DNA of 59,703 nt from assembly GCA_032718475.1 (NCBI GenBank), contig JAUCBJ010008904.1, positions 1 through 59,703 on the forward strand, written 5' to 3'. Below are positions 1 through 13,099 of the stretch, piece after piece. Under the pieces are notes generated by a model, which was not told where the DNA came from, did not search any database, and saw nothing but the letters and a program-made list of their open reading frames with translations. The DNA is from Nemertoderma westbladi. Lineage: Eukaryota > Animalia > Xenacoelomorpha. Numbering within the stretch: the first letter of the stretch is position 1; each line of letters starts with the position of its first letter. The translations under genes were made by a program, and so were the position numbers.

Positions 1-400
1 TAATTAGTTGTGACTTAGTATAATTAGTTGTGACTTAGTAGAATTAGTTGTGACTTAGTAGAATTAGTTGTGACTTAGTAGAATTAGTTGTGACTTAGTA
101 GAATTAGTTGCGACTTAGTAGAATTAGTTATGACTTAGTAGAATTAGTTATGACTTAGTAGAATTAGTTGTGACTTAGTAGAATTAGTTGTGACTTATTA
201 GAATTAGTTGTGACTTAGTAGAATTAGCTGTGACTTAGTAGAATTAGTTGTGACTTAGTAGAATTAGTTGTGACTTAGTAGAATTAGTTGTGACTTAGTA
301 GAATTAGTTGTGACTTAGTAGAATTAGTTGTGACTTAGTAGAATTAGTTGTGACTTAGTAGAATTAGTTGTGACTTAGTAGAATTAGTTGCGACGTAGTG
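1..400. repeat. 20-bp tandem array (GAATTAGTTGTGACTTAGTA)n, ~19.5 copies, running off the window start
   Basis: Directly visible and near-perfect, with a few single-base variants; the last unit (GAATTAGTTGCGACGTAGTG) merges into the CRE reading frame. Confidence 0.98.
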
Positions 401-3095
401 AAGTTACTGACTGAGGAGACCACCGCTTTCGTAGCTGCCCTCCAGCACAACACAGCCAATGCGCGATCAGAACGTATTCTCCTCGTGGACTCCCTTCTGC
501 TTCACCGGGACCCCAAGGTTGCCAAGGGAGCCGATATCCGGCGTCTTCTGTCCCGGAGAATCGATCTTTGGAAGTCTGGGCAGCTCGAGTCTCTCCTCCA
601 AGAAGCAGAGCGCTGCTCGTCGAAGTTTGGTTCGGGACGAAGCAACTGAGGTTCGCCAAAAGAGGATAAAGGCCACACCATACGTGTGTTTACCAGACTG
701 ATGCTCGAAGGCAAGGTGCGTAGCGCGGTGAGGTGGGTGACAGGCCGCGAGTCCGGTGGCATTCTCGACCCCAACACCGAGATCGAGGAAGGAGGTCATA
801 AGGGAACCATCCTGGATGCCCTTCAGAGCAAACATCCAAGCGCCACTCCGCCCCCTCCGGAATCACTCCTCGAGATGGGCGAGGAAGACCTTCCCTTCCG
901 GGTAGACGTAGATGTTACTAGCGCTCATATCGAAGCTGCAGTACGAGGGCTCCATGGGGGCGCGGGTCCCGCCGGCTCGGACTCCACCCGCTGGCGTGAC
1001 TACCTCATCAGCTACGGCGCCCACAGCGAGCGGTTCCGCGACGCTATAGCCGGGATCGCGCGGTCCATGGCAAACTCGATTGTACCATGGGAGTCGGTCC
1101 GTGCCCTTACGTCCAGCCGCCTTATAGCCCTCGACAAGTGCCCAGGAGTTCGGCCGATAGGCATTGGTGAGTGCCTCCGTCGAGTATTAGCCCGGGCAAT
1201 GGCCCAATCAACAGGGGATGATGTCACTGTGACATGCGGCGCAGAACAGCTCTCCGCCGGTACGTCTGCCGGTGTCGAGGCTGCCGTCCACTCCATGGCC
1301 GGATTATTCGAGGAGCGGGCTGCAGACGGTTGGGGGGTCCTCCTGGTTGATGCCTCCAATGCCTTCAACCGGCTTAACAGGGTGGCGGCGTTGTGTGTGC
1401 GTTGCTACAGAGGCCACAGCATTCTCATCATCCGCGGAACCGAAGCGATCATCTTCAGCGAGGAGGGCGCCATTCAGGGGGATCCGCTTGCCATGTTGTT
1501 CTACGCCGCCGGCCTTCTTCCCCTTGTCCATCAGCTCCGGAACCAACAGGTAACTCAGAACTGGTTTGCGGACGACTCGGCTTCAGCAGGTAGACTCACT
1601 GATATCCTCGACTGGTTCCGGAAACTCCAGCAGCGCGGCCCCTCCTTCGGTTATTTCCCCGAACCAACGAAGTGCTACCTGGTGGTGGACCCGGCATTCG
1701 AGGAGGAGGCGAAGAGAGTGTTCGCGGGGTACACTATAAACGTTGTGACTGGCCACAAGTTCCTAGGCGGTTACCTAGGCAGATCAGCCGACCGGTCGGC
1801 GTACGTGGGGGCCAAGGTCGCAGCGTGGGTCGCCGCCGTTGATTGTCTGGCTGAGTTGGCGGAGTCTCAACCCCAGGCGGCTTTCTCCGCGATGGTTTGC
1901 TCCCTCCAGCGCGAGTGGGCGTACCTCCAGCGGGTTACGCCAGACTGCGCCGAAGAGTTCCGGATCCTGGAGGAGGCCATCGCCCAGCGTTTCCTCCCAG
2001 CCGTTTTCGGGGGAGAGGTTTCTTCCAAAGAACGAAGTATATTCTCACTCTCCCCCCGCTCTGGTGGCCTGGGCCTGCGGAACCACGTGGCGGAGGCCTC
2101 CCACACCTACAAAGTTTCTGGGGCAGGTACCCACCATGCTGTCCAGGCGATTCTGGGGAAGGAGTTCCGCCTCACTGAACACCTCAGCTGCCTCCGGTCA
2201 GCGCGGAAACTGGGCCAGGAGGAGCAGCGGCCACGGGAGGCCACTGAGTTCCACGAGGCGCTCGAGGAACTGAGTTTGGAACGCCAGCGGACTATCCGCA
2301 GGGCCGCCGACTTCAAATGCAGCGGCTGGGTGTCGACACTCCCGCTGTCTGAACACCAGCTAGACCTCTCGCCTCGCGAGTTTCGCGACGCGCTGGCCAT
2401 CAGGTATGGCCGTCCATTAGTTGCGGTACCCAGCAGGTGCGATGGGTGCGGGGCCGCCTTCGACCTCAATCATGGTCTCAACTGTAAAAAGGCGGCCTCG
2501 TCATCCAGTGGCACAATGAGTTGCGGGATGTCGTTGGGGACCTCGCGGCGTTGGCGTTCGGGCCCCTGAACGTGACCAATGAACCCGTGGTCCGGGAGCA
2601 GCAGGGGGTCGACGGTGAGACGGGACTCCGGTGCGACTTGGGAGTTCGGGGGGCATTCAACAGGCAGACCCAGGCGTTGTTCGACATGAAGGTTATTAAC
2701 CTTGACGCCGGGTCCTATGCCAAGCGTTCCCCGAACTCCATCCTCGAGTCCCCCGAAGAGGATAAGAAGCGTCTGTACGCCGAGGCTGTAACAGCGCGAC
2801 GAGCGGATTTTTCGCCGTTCGTGGCCTCCTGTGACGGTGTGCTGGCCCCCCAGGCCAACAAGCTTCTGCGCATAATTGCACAGAAGCTGCACAGTTCCTG
2901 GGGGAAACCATATAGTGTTGTCATGGGTTGGGTGCGCACTCGCGTTCAGTTCGCCCTTATCCGTGGTGCTTCGCACTGTGTGCGCGGGTCGCGCATAAAG
3001 TGGCGTAGCGGCCTTGGTCTGGAGGATGGTGCTGGGTTGCCATAAATTTGTAATTTTGCAATATTAGCTATTAACTATTATTAACTATTAACTTA
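390..3095 (+). mobile_element. 5'-truncated CRE-clade (RLE-type) non-LTR retrotransposon, decayed
   Basis: GC-rich block; RT motifs RLIALDKCPGVRPIGIGE, VDASNAFN, QGDPLAMLFY, WFADD; CCHC finger CDGC..H...C; RLE motifs RCDL..FDMKV..E..KK.LY; short TATTAAC-like tail after the stop at 3045. Confidence 0.9.
398..3045 (+). pseudogene. RT-zinc finger-restriction-like endonuclease ORF of the CRE element, broken by frameshifts
   Basis: ORF pieces 398-649, 686-2569 and 2521-3045 join through frameshifts near 650-685 and ~2490 (restoring CKKGGLVIQWHNELRD). Confidence 0.88.
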
Positions 3096-3121
3096 CTTCC
3101 CGTAAATACTGTCTGTTATTG

Positions 3122-4388
3122 TCCACGAAGCTAAGGAAAATCAACTACTTTCGCTAAGAAAGATTTTCCTTAGCTGAGATGGTCTATTCATAGTGGGCTA
3201 TTTTACTTGTGTGAGGCAGATTTGGTTTTTTTTGGTCGGGGAAAAAACTAGCCTTTAAAAGTACCCTGAAATTTTGCATGTATATACAACTCATCAAGGC
3301 GCGTCGTGTGGGATGGGTCTCATCTCCAGGAAAAATCTGGTTTCCATGGCAACGGACTTAGAAAAAAGTCTATGTATTTCAAGTCAATATTTGTAACTCT
3401 ATTTGTAGGAAAACTATAATACATATAAACTTGGGGTTTCTCAACACAACTATAAGGTCCATAGCAGAGCCGATTGAGGTTAAATAGAAAATCCAGTTAC
3501 CTTGGCAACCGGGCTAAACAGATGTTAAAATTTTTAAAATGTTAATTTGAAGCCTAAGGTTAAGGTGTGATGACTTGGGACCAATCCCTACCCCCACTAT
3601 ATAACTTATTCTGCGTCCGAATTTGATTGTTCTATTTTGCAGTTACCTTGACAACCGCTGAAAACAGATGTTTTTATACGAAAATTATTCATTTGTACAT
3701 AGACTTCACGATAAAATTTTACGAAACTAGGTATGTGTTATCTGGACCACTAGTTGGAACTTTTAGTGAAACTCAAAACATTCCAGAAATATCTAGTTAC
3801 CATGGTAACTGTAGTTTTTTTAAAGTTATATATCATTCAAGTCTATAATCATAACTCTATTTGGAGAAAAACTGTAATATATATAAACTTGGGGTTTTGC
3901 AACTCATCTATAAGGTCCATATACAAGCCGTTCGAAGTTAATTAGAAAATCCATTTACCATAGCAACAAGAGTAAACAGATGTTAAAATTAATAAAATGA
4001 TAATTTGAAGCACAATTTAATAGTATTATGACTTGGGACCAACACCTACCCCCACTATATGACTTATTCTGCATCCGAATTACATTGTTCTATTTTTCAG
4101 TTTCCATGACAACCACTGCAAACAGATGCATTTTGATAGAAAATCTGTAATTTGGACATAAACTACAATATTTTCTGAAACTCGATGTGTTATCTGAAAA
4201 ACAATCTGGACTGAATCTTTTTTCAAAGGTAAAACCAACAGTTCCAGAGAACTCTAGTTTCCATGGGAATAGAAGTTATTTATTGGCAAATGCTACTAAA
4301 CTAGGCTAAGCAACGAACCAAATTGTGGCCGTTTGTTTAATTTTACTTAGCTTCGTGGTTGCATTTCCTTTAGGAAATGCCTTTCTAG
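3122..4388 (+). mobile_element. Non-autonomous Helentron/Helitron2-associated (HINE/DINE-1-like) element, copy A
   Basis: 5' subTIR CCACGAAGCTAAGGAAAAT with a nearby partial inverted copy (3163-3175), matching 3' subTIR, hairpin GCATTTCCT/AGGAAATGC, CTAG end, internal ~153-bp diverged tandem repeats, no TSD. Confidence 0.8.
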
Positions 4389-4453
4389 TATTGTATTTGT
4401 TTGTTTGTTTGTTTGAAATTCCCGCCATTATATATTCGTTGTACGTTATTTAA

Positions 4454-6989
4454 TCCACGAAGCTAAGGAAAATCAACTACTTTCGCTAAGAAAGATTTTC
4501 CTTAGCTGAGATGGTGTATTCATAGTGGGCCCTTTTACTTGTATGGAGCAGATTTAGTGTTTTTTGGTCGGGGAAAAAACTAGCCTTTAAAAGTACCCTG
4601 AAATTTTGCATGTATGTACTACTCATCGAGGCGCGTCGTGTGGGATGGGTCTCATATTCAGGAAAAATCTGGTTTCCATGGCAACGGACTTAGAAAAAAG
4701 TCTATGTATTTCAAGTCAATATTTATAACTATATTTGTAGGAAAACTATAATAGATATAAACTTGGGGTTTCTCAACTCAACTATAAAGTCCATAGCAGA
4801 GCCGATTGAGGTTAAATAGAAAATCCAGTTACCTTGGCAACCGGGTTAAACAGATGTTAAAATTTATAAAATGTTAATTTGAAGCCTAAGGTTAAGGTGT
4901 TATGTCTTGGGACCAACCCCTACCCCCACTATATGAGTTATTCTGCGTCCGAATTTCATTGTTTAATTTTGCAGTTACCATGACAACCGTTGAAAACAGA
5001 TGTTTTTATACAAAAATAACTCATTTGGACATAGACTTCGCGATAAAATTTTAAGAAACTGGGAATGTGTTATCTGGACCATTAGTTGGAACTTTTAGTG
5101 AAACTGAAAAAATTCCAGAAATATTTTGTTACCATTGTTCCTGGAGTTTATTAAAGTCTATATCATTCAAGTCTAAATTCAATACTCTATTTGTAGCAAA
5201 ATAATGTCCACGAAGCTAAGGAAAATCAACTACTTTCGCTAAGAAAGATTTTCCTTAGCTGAGATGGTCTATTCATAGTGGGCTATTTTACTTGTATGAG
5301 GCAGATTTGGTTTTTTTTGGTCGGGGAAAAAACTAGCCTTTAAAAGTACCCTGAAATTTTGCATGTATATACTACTCATCAAGGCGCGTCGTGTGGGATG
5401 GGTCTCATATTCAGGAAAAATCTGGTTTCCATGGCAACGGACTTAGAAAAAAGTCTATGTATTTCAAGTCAATATTTGTAACTCTATTTGTAGGAAAACT
5501 ATAATACATATAAACTTGGGGTTTCTCAACACAACTATAAGGTCCATAGCAGAGCCGATTGAGGTTAAATAGAAAATCCAGTTACCTTGGCAACCGGGCT
5601 AAACAGATGTTAAAATTTTTAAAATGTTAATTTGAAGCCTAAGGTTAAGGTGTGATGACTTGGGACCAATCCCTACCCCCACTATATAACTTATTCTGCG
5701 TCCGAATTTGATTGTTCTATTTTGCAGTTACCTTGACAACCGCTGAAAACAGATGTTTTTATACGAAAATTATTCATTTGTACATAGACTTCACGATAAA
5801 ATTTTACGAAACTAGGTATGTGTTATCTGGACCACTAGTTGGAACTTTTAGTGAAACTCAAAACATTCCAGAAATATCTAGTTACCATGGTAACTGTAGT
5901 TTTTTTAAAGTTATATATCATTCAAGTCTATAATCATAACTCTATTTGGAGAAAAACTGTAATATATATAAACTTGGGGTTTTGCAACTCATCTATAAGG
6001 TCCATATACAAGCCGTTCGAAGTTAATTAGAAAATCCATTTACCATAGCAACAAGAGTAAACAGATGTTAAAATTAATAAAATGATAATTTGAAGCATAA
6101 TTTAATAGTATTATGACTTGGGACCAACACCTACCCCCACTATATGACTTATTCTGCATCCGAATTACATTGTTCTATTTTTCAGTTTCCATGACAACCA
6201 CTGCAAACAGATGCATTTTGATAGAAAATCTGTAATTTGGACATAAACTACAATATTTTCTGAAACTCGATGTGTTATCTGAAAAACAATCTGGACTGAA
6301 TCTTTTTTCAAAGGTAAAACCAACAGTTCCAGAGAACTCTAGTTTCCATGGGAATAGAAGTTATTTATTGGCAAATGCTACTAAACTAGGCTAAGCAACG
6401 AACCAAATTGTGGCCGTTTGTTTAATTTTCCTTAGCTTCGTGGTTGCATTTCCTTTAGGAAATGCCTTTCTAGTAATAAATATAAATTTGGGGTTTTGCA
6501 ACTCATCTGTAAGGTCCATATACAATCCATTCGAGGTTAATTACACAATCCAATTACCATAGCAACAAGACTAAACAGATGTTAAAATTTCTAAAATGAT
6601 AATTTGAAACACAAGTTAATAGTATTATGACTTGGGACCAAGACCTACCCCCCTTATATGACTTATTCTGCATCCGAATTACATTGTTCTATTTTTCAGT
6701 TTCCATGACAACCACTGCAAACAGATGCATTTTGATAGAAAATCGGTAATTTGGACATAAACTACAATATTTTCTGAAACTTGGTATGAGTTATCTGAAC
6801 CACAATCTGGACTGAATCTTTTTTCTAAGGTAAAACCAACAGTTCCAGAGAATTCTAGTTTCCATGGGAATATAAGTTATTTATTGGCAAAGGCTTGTAA
6901 ACTAGGCTAAGCAACAAACCAAATTGTGGCCCTTTGTTTAATTTTCCTTAGCTTCGTGGTTACATTTCCTTTAGGAAATGCCTTTCTAG
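4454..6989 (+). mobile_element. HINE-like element, copy B, interrupted by copy C
   Basis: Same termini as copy A; sequence breaks at ~5204 and resumes colinearly at ~6474. Confidence 0.8.
5205..6473 (+). mobile_element. HINE-like element, copy C, nested in B and nearly identical to A
   Basis: Full-length; yields the same spurious ORFs as A (3627/5712 and 3754/5839). Confidence 0.82.
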
Positions 6990-7024
6990 TAGTGTTAGTG
7001 AATTTATATTTCAAGCGTAGGATA

Positions 7025-9729
7025 TCCACGAAGTTAAGGAAAATCAACTACTTTCGCTAAGAAAGATTTTCCTTAGCTGAGATGGTCTATTCATAGTGGG
7101 CTATTTTACTTGTGTGAGGCAGATTTGGTTTTTTTTGGTCGGGGAAAAAACTAGCCTTTAAAAGTACCCTGAAATTTTGCATGTATATACTACTCATCAA
7201 GGCGCGTCGTGTGGGATGGGTCTCATATCCAGGAAAAATCTGGTTTCCATGGCAACGGACTGAGAAAAAAGTCTATGTATTTCAAGTCAATATTTATAAC
7301 TCTATTTGTAGGAAAACTATAATACATATAAACTTGGGGTTTCTCAACTCAACTATAAGGTCCATAGCAGAGCCGATTGAGGTTCAATAGAAAATCCAGT
7401 TACCTTGACAACAGGGCTAAACAGATGTTAAAATTTATAAAATGTTAATTTGAAGCCTAAGGTTAAGGTGTTATGACTTGGGACCAACCCCTACCCCCAC
7501 TATATAACTTATTCTGCGTCCAAATTTCATTGTTTTAGTTTGCAGTTACCCTGACAACCGCTGAAAACAGATGTTTTTATACAAAAATTACTCATTTGGA
7601 CATAGACTTCGCGATAAAATTTTACGAAACTGGGTATGTGTTATCCGGACCACTAGTTGGAACTTTTAGTGAAACTCAAAACATTTCAGAAATATCTAGT
7701 TACCGTGGTAACTGGAGTTTATTACAGATTATATCATTCAAGTCTATATTCATAACTCTATTTGTAGAAAAACCGCAATAGATATAAACTTGGGGTTTCT
7801 CAACTCAACTATAAGGTCCATATCCAAGCCGTTCGAGGTTAATTAGAAATTCCAGTCACCATAGCAACAAGACTAAACAGATGTTAAAATTTATAAAATG
7901 ATAATTTGAAGCACAAGTTAATACTATTAAGACTTGGGACCAACACCTACCCCCACTATATGACTTATTCTGCATCCGAATTACATTGTTCTATTTTTCA
8001 GTTTCCATGACAACCACTACAAACAGATGCATTTTGATAGTTGGTGCCAAATAAGTTGGTGCCAGTTCCCAAGAAGGGCAACCTAACACTCTATGGTTCT
8101 TTTCGGGGAATCTCATTGATCTCGATTGCTGCAAAGCTATACAATAGGATTCTATTAAATCGCATCAGGGATCCCATTGAGAGACTGCTCCGTGGAAATC
8201 AGAATGGGTTCCGTAAAGGTCGTGGGACCATGGAGCCCATTTTGGCACTTAGAAGGATAATTGAAGAATTATCAAAAAAGAAAGACAGGCATCTGGCTGT
8301 TATCTTTGTTGACTTCTTCAAGGCCTTTGATTCAGTCTCTCGCTCACGTATGTTCAGCATACTTTCATTATATGGGATTCCTGATGAAATTATTGCAGCA
8401 ATCAGATCAGTATACGATGGTTCGACAACATTTGTGTCTACTGTTGATGGTGACACAGAACCATTTGAAGTGTTATGGGGCGTCCTCCAAGGAGACACAC
8501 TTGCACCATTCTTGTTCATTATTGTGGTTGACTATGTTCTACGCATGTCCTTAGATCATCATAATGATGATGGGGTGATGATAACTCCACCTACTGGCTC
8601 CAGAAGTCGAGGAAATCCTGCCAAGTACCTAACTGATCTAGACTTTGCTGATGACTTAGGAGTACTCTCAGAATCATTAGACGGAGCCCAACGGCTCCTC
8701 AGCTCATTAGAACATGCTGCTTCTAGTGTTGGTCTTTTTATTAACTCCAGAAAGACCAAAATTCTGACCGTTAACTTTGAAAGTCATCAGCAAGTCTCTG
8801 ATCGGATGAGCATAAGCTCAAAGGATGGTATGCTTGAGCATGTGGACGACTTCTGTTACCTGGGATCATGGATCCGGAAGTCAGGTGAGGACCTTCGAAT
8901 ACGTAAGGGAAAGGCATGGGCAGCCTTGAATAGGCTTTCCAGGATTTGGAAGTCACCGAGAATTAATCGGAAACTTAAGGTCCGATTATTTAGAGCAGCA
9001 GTAGTTCCAGTACTCCTCTACGGGAGTCCATGCTGGGCTCTAACTGCTGAGGACACCAAATCTCTGGATGGCACATTCACAAAAATGCTACGCCGGGTTC
9101 ATTGTGTCAAGTACAATGCACACATCTCCAACCAGACACTATATAACATTGGAGGTGTCTCATTGGTTCCCCCAAGCTTGACACTAGAACAAAATCGCCT
9201 CCGCTTTGCAGGACATTGCTTTCGCCGTGAGGACCAGCCAGTGCATAATCTTGTACTTTGGCAGCCTCATGGAGTGAATAAGCATGGTGGACAGCCCATG
9301 ACTTTCTTGAGACGCATCTTAAAGGACACTGGCCTTAAAGATGCGGATGATCTAGCAAATGTCATGGGTGATAGGGAGTTGTGGCGGTGCAATTTTGTTG
9401 ACAAGCCGGCACAGCATTCTTAAAAATGCAGCTGCAATGCAGCATGCCGATCCTAGTAGTAGTAGTATTTTGATAGAAAATCGGTAATTTGGACATAAAC
9501 TACAATATTTTCTGAAACTTTGTATATGTGTTATCTGAACCACAATCTGTACTGAATCTTTTTTCAAAGGATGAACCAACAGTTCCATAGAACTCTAGTT
9601 TCCATGGGAGTAGAAGTTATTTATTGTCAAATGCTACTAAACTAGGCTAAGCAACGAACCAAAGTGTGGCGGTTTGTTTAATTTTCCTTAGCTTCGTGGT
9701 TGCATTTCCTTTAGGAAATGCCTTTCTAG
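7025..9729 (+). mobile_element. HINE-like element, copy D, interrupted by an RTE retrotransposon
   Basis: Same termini; breaks at 8040 and resumes at 9467. Confidence 0.8.
8041..9466 (+). mobile_element. 5'-truncated RTE-clade non-LTR retrotransposon with an open RT ORF (8041-9423)
   Basis: Motifs PVPKKG, RGISL, QNGFR, VDFFKAFDSV, GVLQGDTLAPFLF, LDFADD, YLGS; (TAG)n tail; 10-bp TSD ATTTTGATAG at 8031-8040 and 9467-9476. Confidence 0.92.
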
Positions 9730-9777
9730 TACGTATTATAGTACAATAATGTAAACAGGTGTTTTTATTTATTTTAG

Positions 9778-9901
9778 AACCAGCTATACAATACGAATCT
9801 AGAGAGTTTCCGTAGTAACATGGCTAAAATCCTGGGAGAGTTTAGCGCATCCCTCCATCAGGTCTATTACGCACCCAGAATCTGTCGCCATTTATGGCTG
9901 G
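9778..9901 (+). CDS. FNIP1/2: FNIP homolog, first coding exon visible in the window
   Basis: ttttag|...|gtaagt; encodes ...ILGEFSASLHQVYYAPRICRHLWL, resembling FNIP [23 protein letters not shown]; phase-1 end matches the next exon. Confidence 0.82.
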
Positions 9902-10201
9902 GTAAGTGGAACCCGCGGGGATATTTTAGTAAACCTTTACTTTTAATTTTATTTGTTGAAAGTCACTTTTTTGTCAACAAAAACAGTTAACAAGTTAACT
10001 TTTCAATTTTAATATTTAACGCTGATGGTATCTATAGCTGTATTTAGTATTCTAGAATATTATATTCTATTATGTGGGCCTCATCTATTTTACTGTTTCT
10101 CTTTCGCTTTAATTTTCACTCAATGGAAGGAGCTTCGATATGTGATAGAATGCTTTTTCACAAAGTGACTTTTAACAACAATTAATAAACGTCATAACTT
10201 G

Positions 10202-11360
10202 GGTATTAGTACGTTTGAACGACACTAGCCAAACAAGCCTAAAATCAGATAAATAATGGTACCGGTACCGGTATAGCAGTATTGTGCACCACCTTGCGGA
10301 TTGCATGGACATTATTTATTAAGTTCTTTGAAGGGAATGTATTATTTTAATGTAATTTATATTACTACTACTATTATCAGACTATTATTGCTACTATTAC
10401 TATTATTTACTAGCTTAATTACCGTATGTAGGGCTAATATTTTAGCTTAATCTATTAGTTTAATTACGATTTACTGTGCGCGTACGTAATCTTAATTACA
10501 TTCTACCGTAAAACATTACCAATATTATAATTAATATTTACTCCGACTGGGGGTGTATCTTATTGTAAAAAAATATTACAAGCTGACAAGCTAATAATGC
10601 TGTTGCGATACGGTTGTTTATTTCATATTTTGGCCCTGAAAAGGGCCGTTTGGGTTGGTTATGGTATACATTCAGCAAGGGCAGTAATGTTTGAAAAATG
10701 CAAGGAGATTTGAGAAAGGTCGGTCGCGATTTAAAAGTCTCCACCGAAATTCTGCCAGGTGGCCAGCAATATGTTGCGGATGACTGACGTCTTTAAGTGG
10801 CCCCACATCGACTCTATCTATACGTTGAGTGTGGGTGCCTGTCGCACTCACCCACTCTAACGAATGGTTGACGGTTTCATGTATGTAGGTCCCTGTTCCA
10901 TTGGTACTGTAGCAGACCACGGGTTGGTGGCGTTTGTTATACCAACATTCACACCGCGAATCGACTCTTCTCAAACCACGTTCCAGAACGTGCAGTTCGC
11001 TTGTCAGCTTGTTCTTATTAGAACAACGCCAAACAAGCCGCATGAATCCCCTGTCCTTCACCAGCGTAATTTTAGATTGCGCAGTACAACCCGGAAATGG
11101 CGGAAAAGGATAAAGACGTAGGGTTGGTTGCCCATTTTGTTGTAGAGTTCGGGGGAGAAGCTCCACGCTTTGTGCAAACTCAAACCGCGCTCCTCATTCT
11201 CGATAAGTTTCCCAGTACACGAGTACAGTACACTAAAAGTAGGCCCAGTAAGTAACAGTAGGCCTAACAATACTGATATACCGGTACCGGTAACAATTTT
11301 TATCAGTTTCTATCTGATTTCAGGATTGTTTGGCTAGTGTCGTTCAAACGTACTAATACC
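10202..11360 (-). mobile_element. Internally deleted Merlin (IS1016/ISXO2-like) DNA transposon
   Basis: TIR GGTATTAGTACGTTTGAACGACACTAGCCAAACAA at both ends; 9-bp TSD CATAACTTG (10193-10201, 11361-11369); transposase remnants VWRC, RSGTWFEKS, YIHETVNHS..GTHTQRI, LAEFRWR. Confidence 0.9.
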
Positions 11361-11797
11361 CATAACTTGTGGCAAAAGGTAGTAGAAGCAATAAAGATTT
11401 TTTTCTGAAGATTTGTAATATTTTATAATAGTATCTTTAAGAATCATTGTAAAGTTATTCGTCTGGAGCTGTAAAGTTATTCGTCTGGAGCTGTAAAGTC
11501 TTCATACTTGGATATTCAATTTGTGGTTAGTTCTCTTCTAAAGTTGCAATGTGATGTATTCAACTCGCTATTGGTTAATAAGGAATAAATATATAAAAAA
11601 TAATATGTTTTATAACTTAGTACAAAATCACTATTACTTCGTTTAGTAAAGTTGTAATTATTATGTTATGCTTAAAAGTACTTATTTTGGCATTTTAGTT
11701 GATAGAGCCTTCGTTTGACGGAATAATTTGCCGGCATTCGCGCTCTAGAAGTATATTTGCTTTTTGTTTGTTGGTAGACCCTCACACAGTTTATGTA

Positions 11798-12718
11798 CCG
11801 GTGTAACAGCGGATTATGTCCCCCCGCGGATATTGTCCGGGGGGACCGAATGGGGGTCCCCCCTCCGCAGATTGAGTCCCCCCTTAAATTATAATTTTAC
11901 AGTACAGTCAGACAGTGCTGAGTGCAGCAGTACTGGTACTGACATAGCAGCGTAGCTTATGCATTAAATTATAGACTGATTAAAACTGCAGTAGCTACCA
12001 CTACTGCGTTAAACTAAATTCCCACATCTGTATATACTGATATAGTCGCATCAGTACAGTAGGCTATTATGGCCAACTTCGATGAGACGCAGCTTTATCA
12101 AGCCGTCTATAATTAGATTTCGGGAGATGACACATATCCAGTCAATTCAACAAAGTTGCAACTATACTCAGGAAAGCGGCTAATTTCAACATTATAGATT
12201 CATTATGGATGAGGGATGATTACATGAGGAGGAGGAAGATATTGTACTGTCCCTATTACAGTAAATAATCATACTGTAGTTCGAGTTGTCAGGTGTCTTT
12301 GGTTGGATTTGTCATTGGTGTCATTTCGGTATATTCAGGTATATTCAGTTCAGCTGTTACACCTAAACCCAACTGAGTAACAGTTATTCATATTCATTCA
12401 TGTTCATTCATATTATTATAGTTTGCAGGTGGGGAGGAGTAACCAGAACAATAAACGATACATACTGAATAACCGGTCTGCCAGTATTGTATCCATTGAC
12501 AATAAGGAAGGGAACGGAGCAGTCTGGCAGTGTATTTTGAATTTATTGCAATAACATTGGGGGGACCAAATCCGCGAACGAGGACCCAATCCGCTAGCAG
12601 ATTTGGTCCTAGGGAGACCAAATCTGCTAGCGGATTGGGTCCGGGGGGACTAAATCCGCTAGCAGATCTGGTCCGGGGGGACCGATTCTTCGGGGGACTG
12701 AATCCGCTGTTACACCGG
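11798..12718. mobile_element. Non-autonomous TIR element (MITE-like), superfamily unassigned
   Basis: TIR CCGGTGTAACAGCGGATT, TA on both flanks, subterminal GGGGAC.AAATCCGC repeats. Confidence 0.85.
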
Positions 12719-12768
12719 TATTGTTTCTACGTTTACCGTAACGCTATTATTTCCCACCCTCCCCCTAG

Positions 12769-12976
12769 CCGTTACAGCAACCGACTGCCCTATCTCCATT
12801 GTGGACTCCTTTGTCCATGCGCTGGTCTATCTGTCCCGGAATCCCCAGACACGTGGGCTTCTCCCGGCTCTACTTACAGCTGTATTAACACACCACGTCG
12901 GGTGGTTAACCACGGTTCAACCGGTCACACACGAGAGCCAAGCTGTCGCACCAAACTGTATCCTCTCCCAACTCAG
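12769..12976 (+). CDS. FNIP1/2: FNIP homolog exon (middle domain)
   Basis: ccccctag|...|gtaggt; encodes LLPALLTAVLTHHVGWLTTVQP...LSQL, matching FNIP [22 protein letters not shown]; phases 1 and 2 are consistent with neighbours. Confidence 0.9.
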
Positions 12977-13099
12977 GTAGGTGGTACCTGGATCACTGGC
13001 AACCGTCGATTAAATTCTTACTGGACTAATGTTTATGTTCGCGTAGCGAGACCTCTACTAACCACACCGGTTGTTGTTGAGTGTTGTTTTTGATTTCCA

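Noticed and set aside
1-400. Telomere or CRISPR interpretation of the 20-bp array
   Set aside because: No unique spacers or cas genes; the missing 5' FNIP exons must lie further upstream, so the array is intronic rather than chromosome-terminal
3627-7781. Repeated short ORFs in the 1.27-kb repeats
   Set aside because: No domains and mostly non-ATG starts; duplicated only because the HINE is duplicated
12530-13093. 187-aa ORF
   Set aside because: Runs from a MITE end across the true FNIP exon in a different frame
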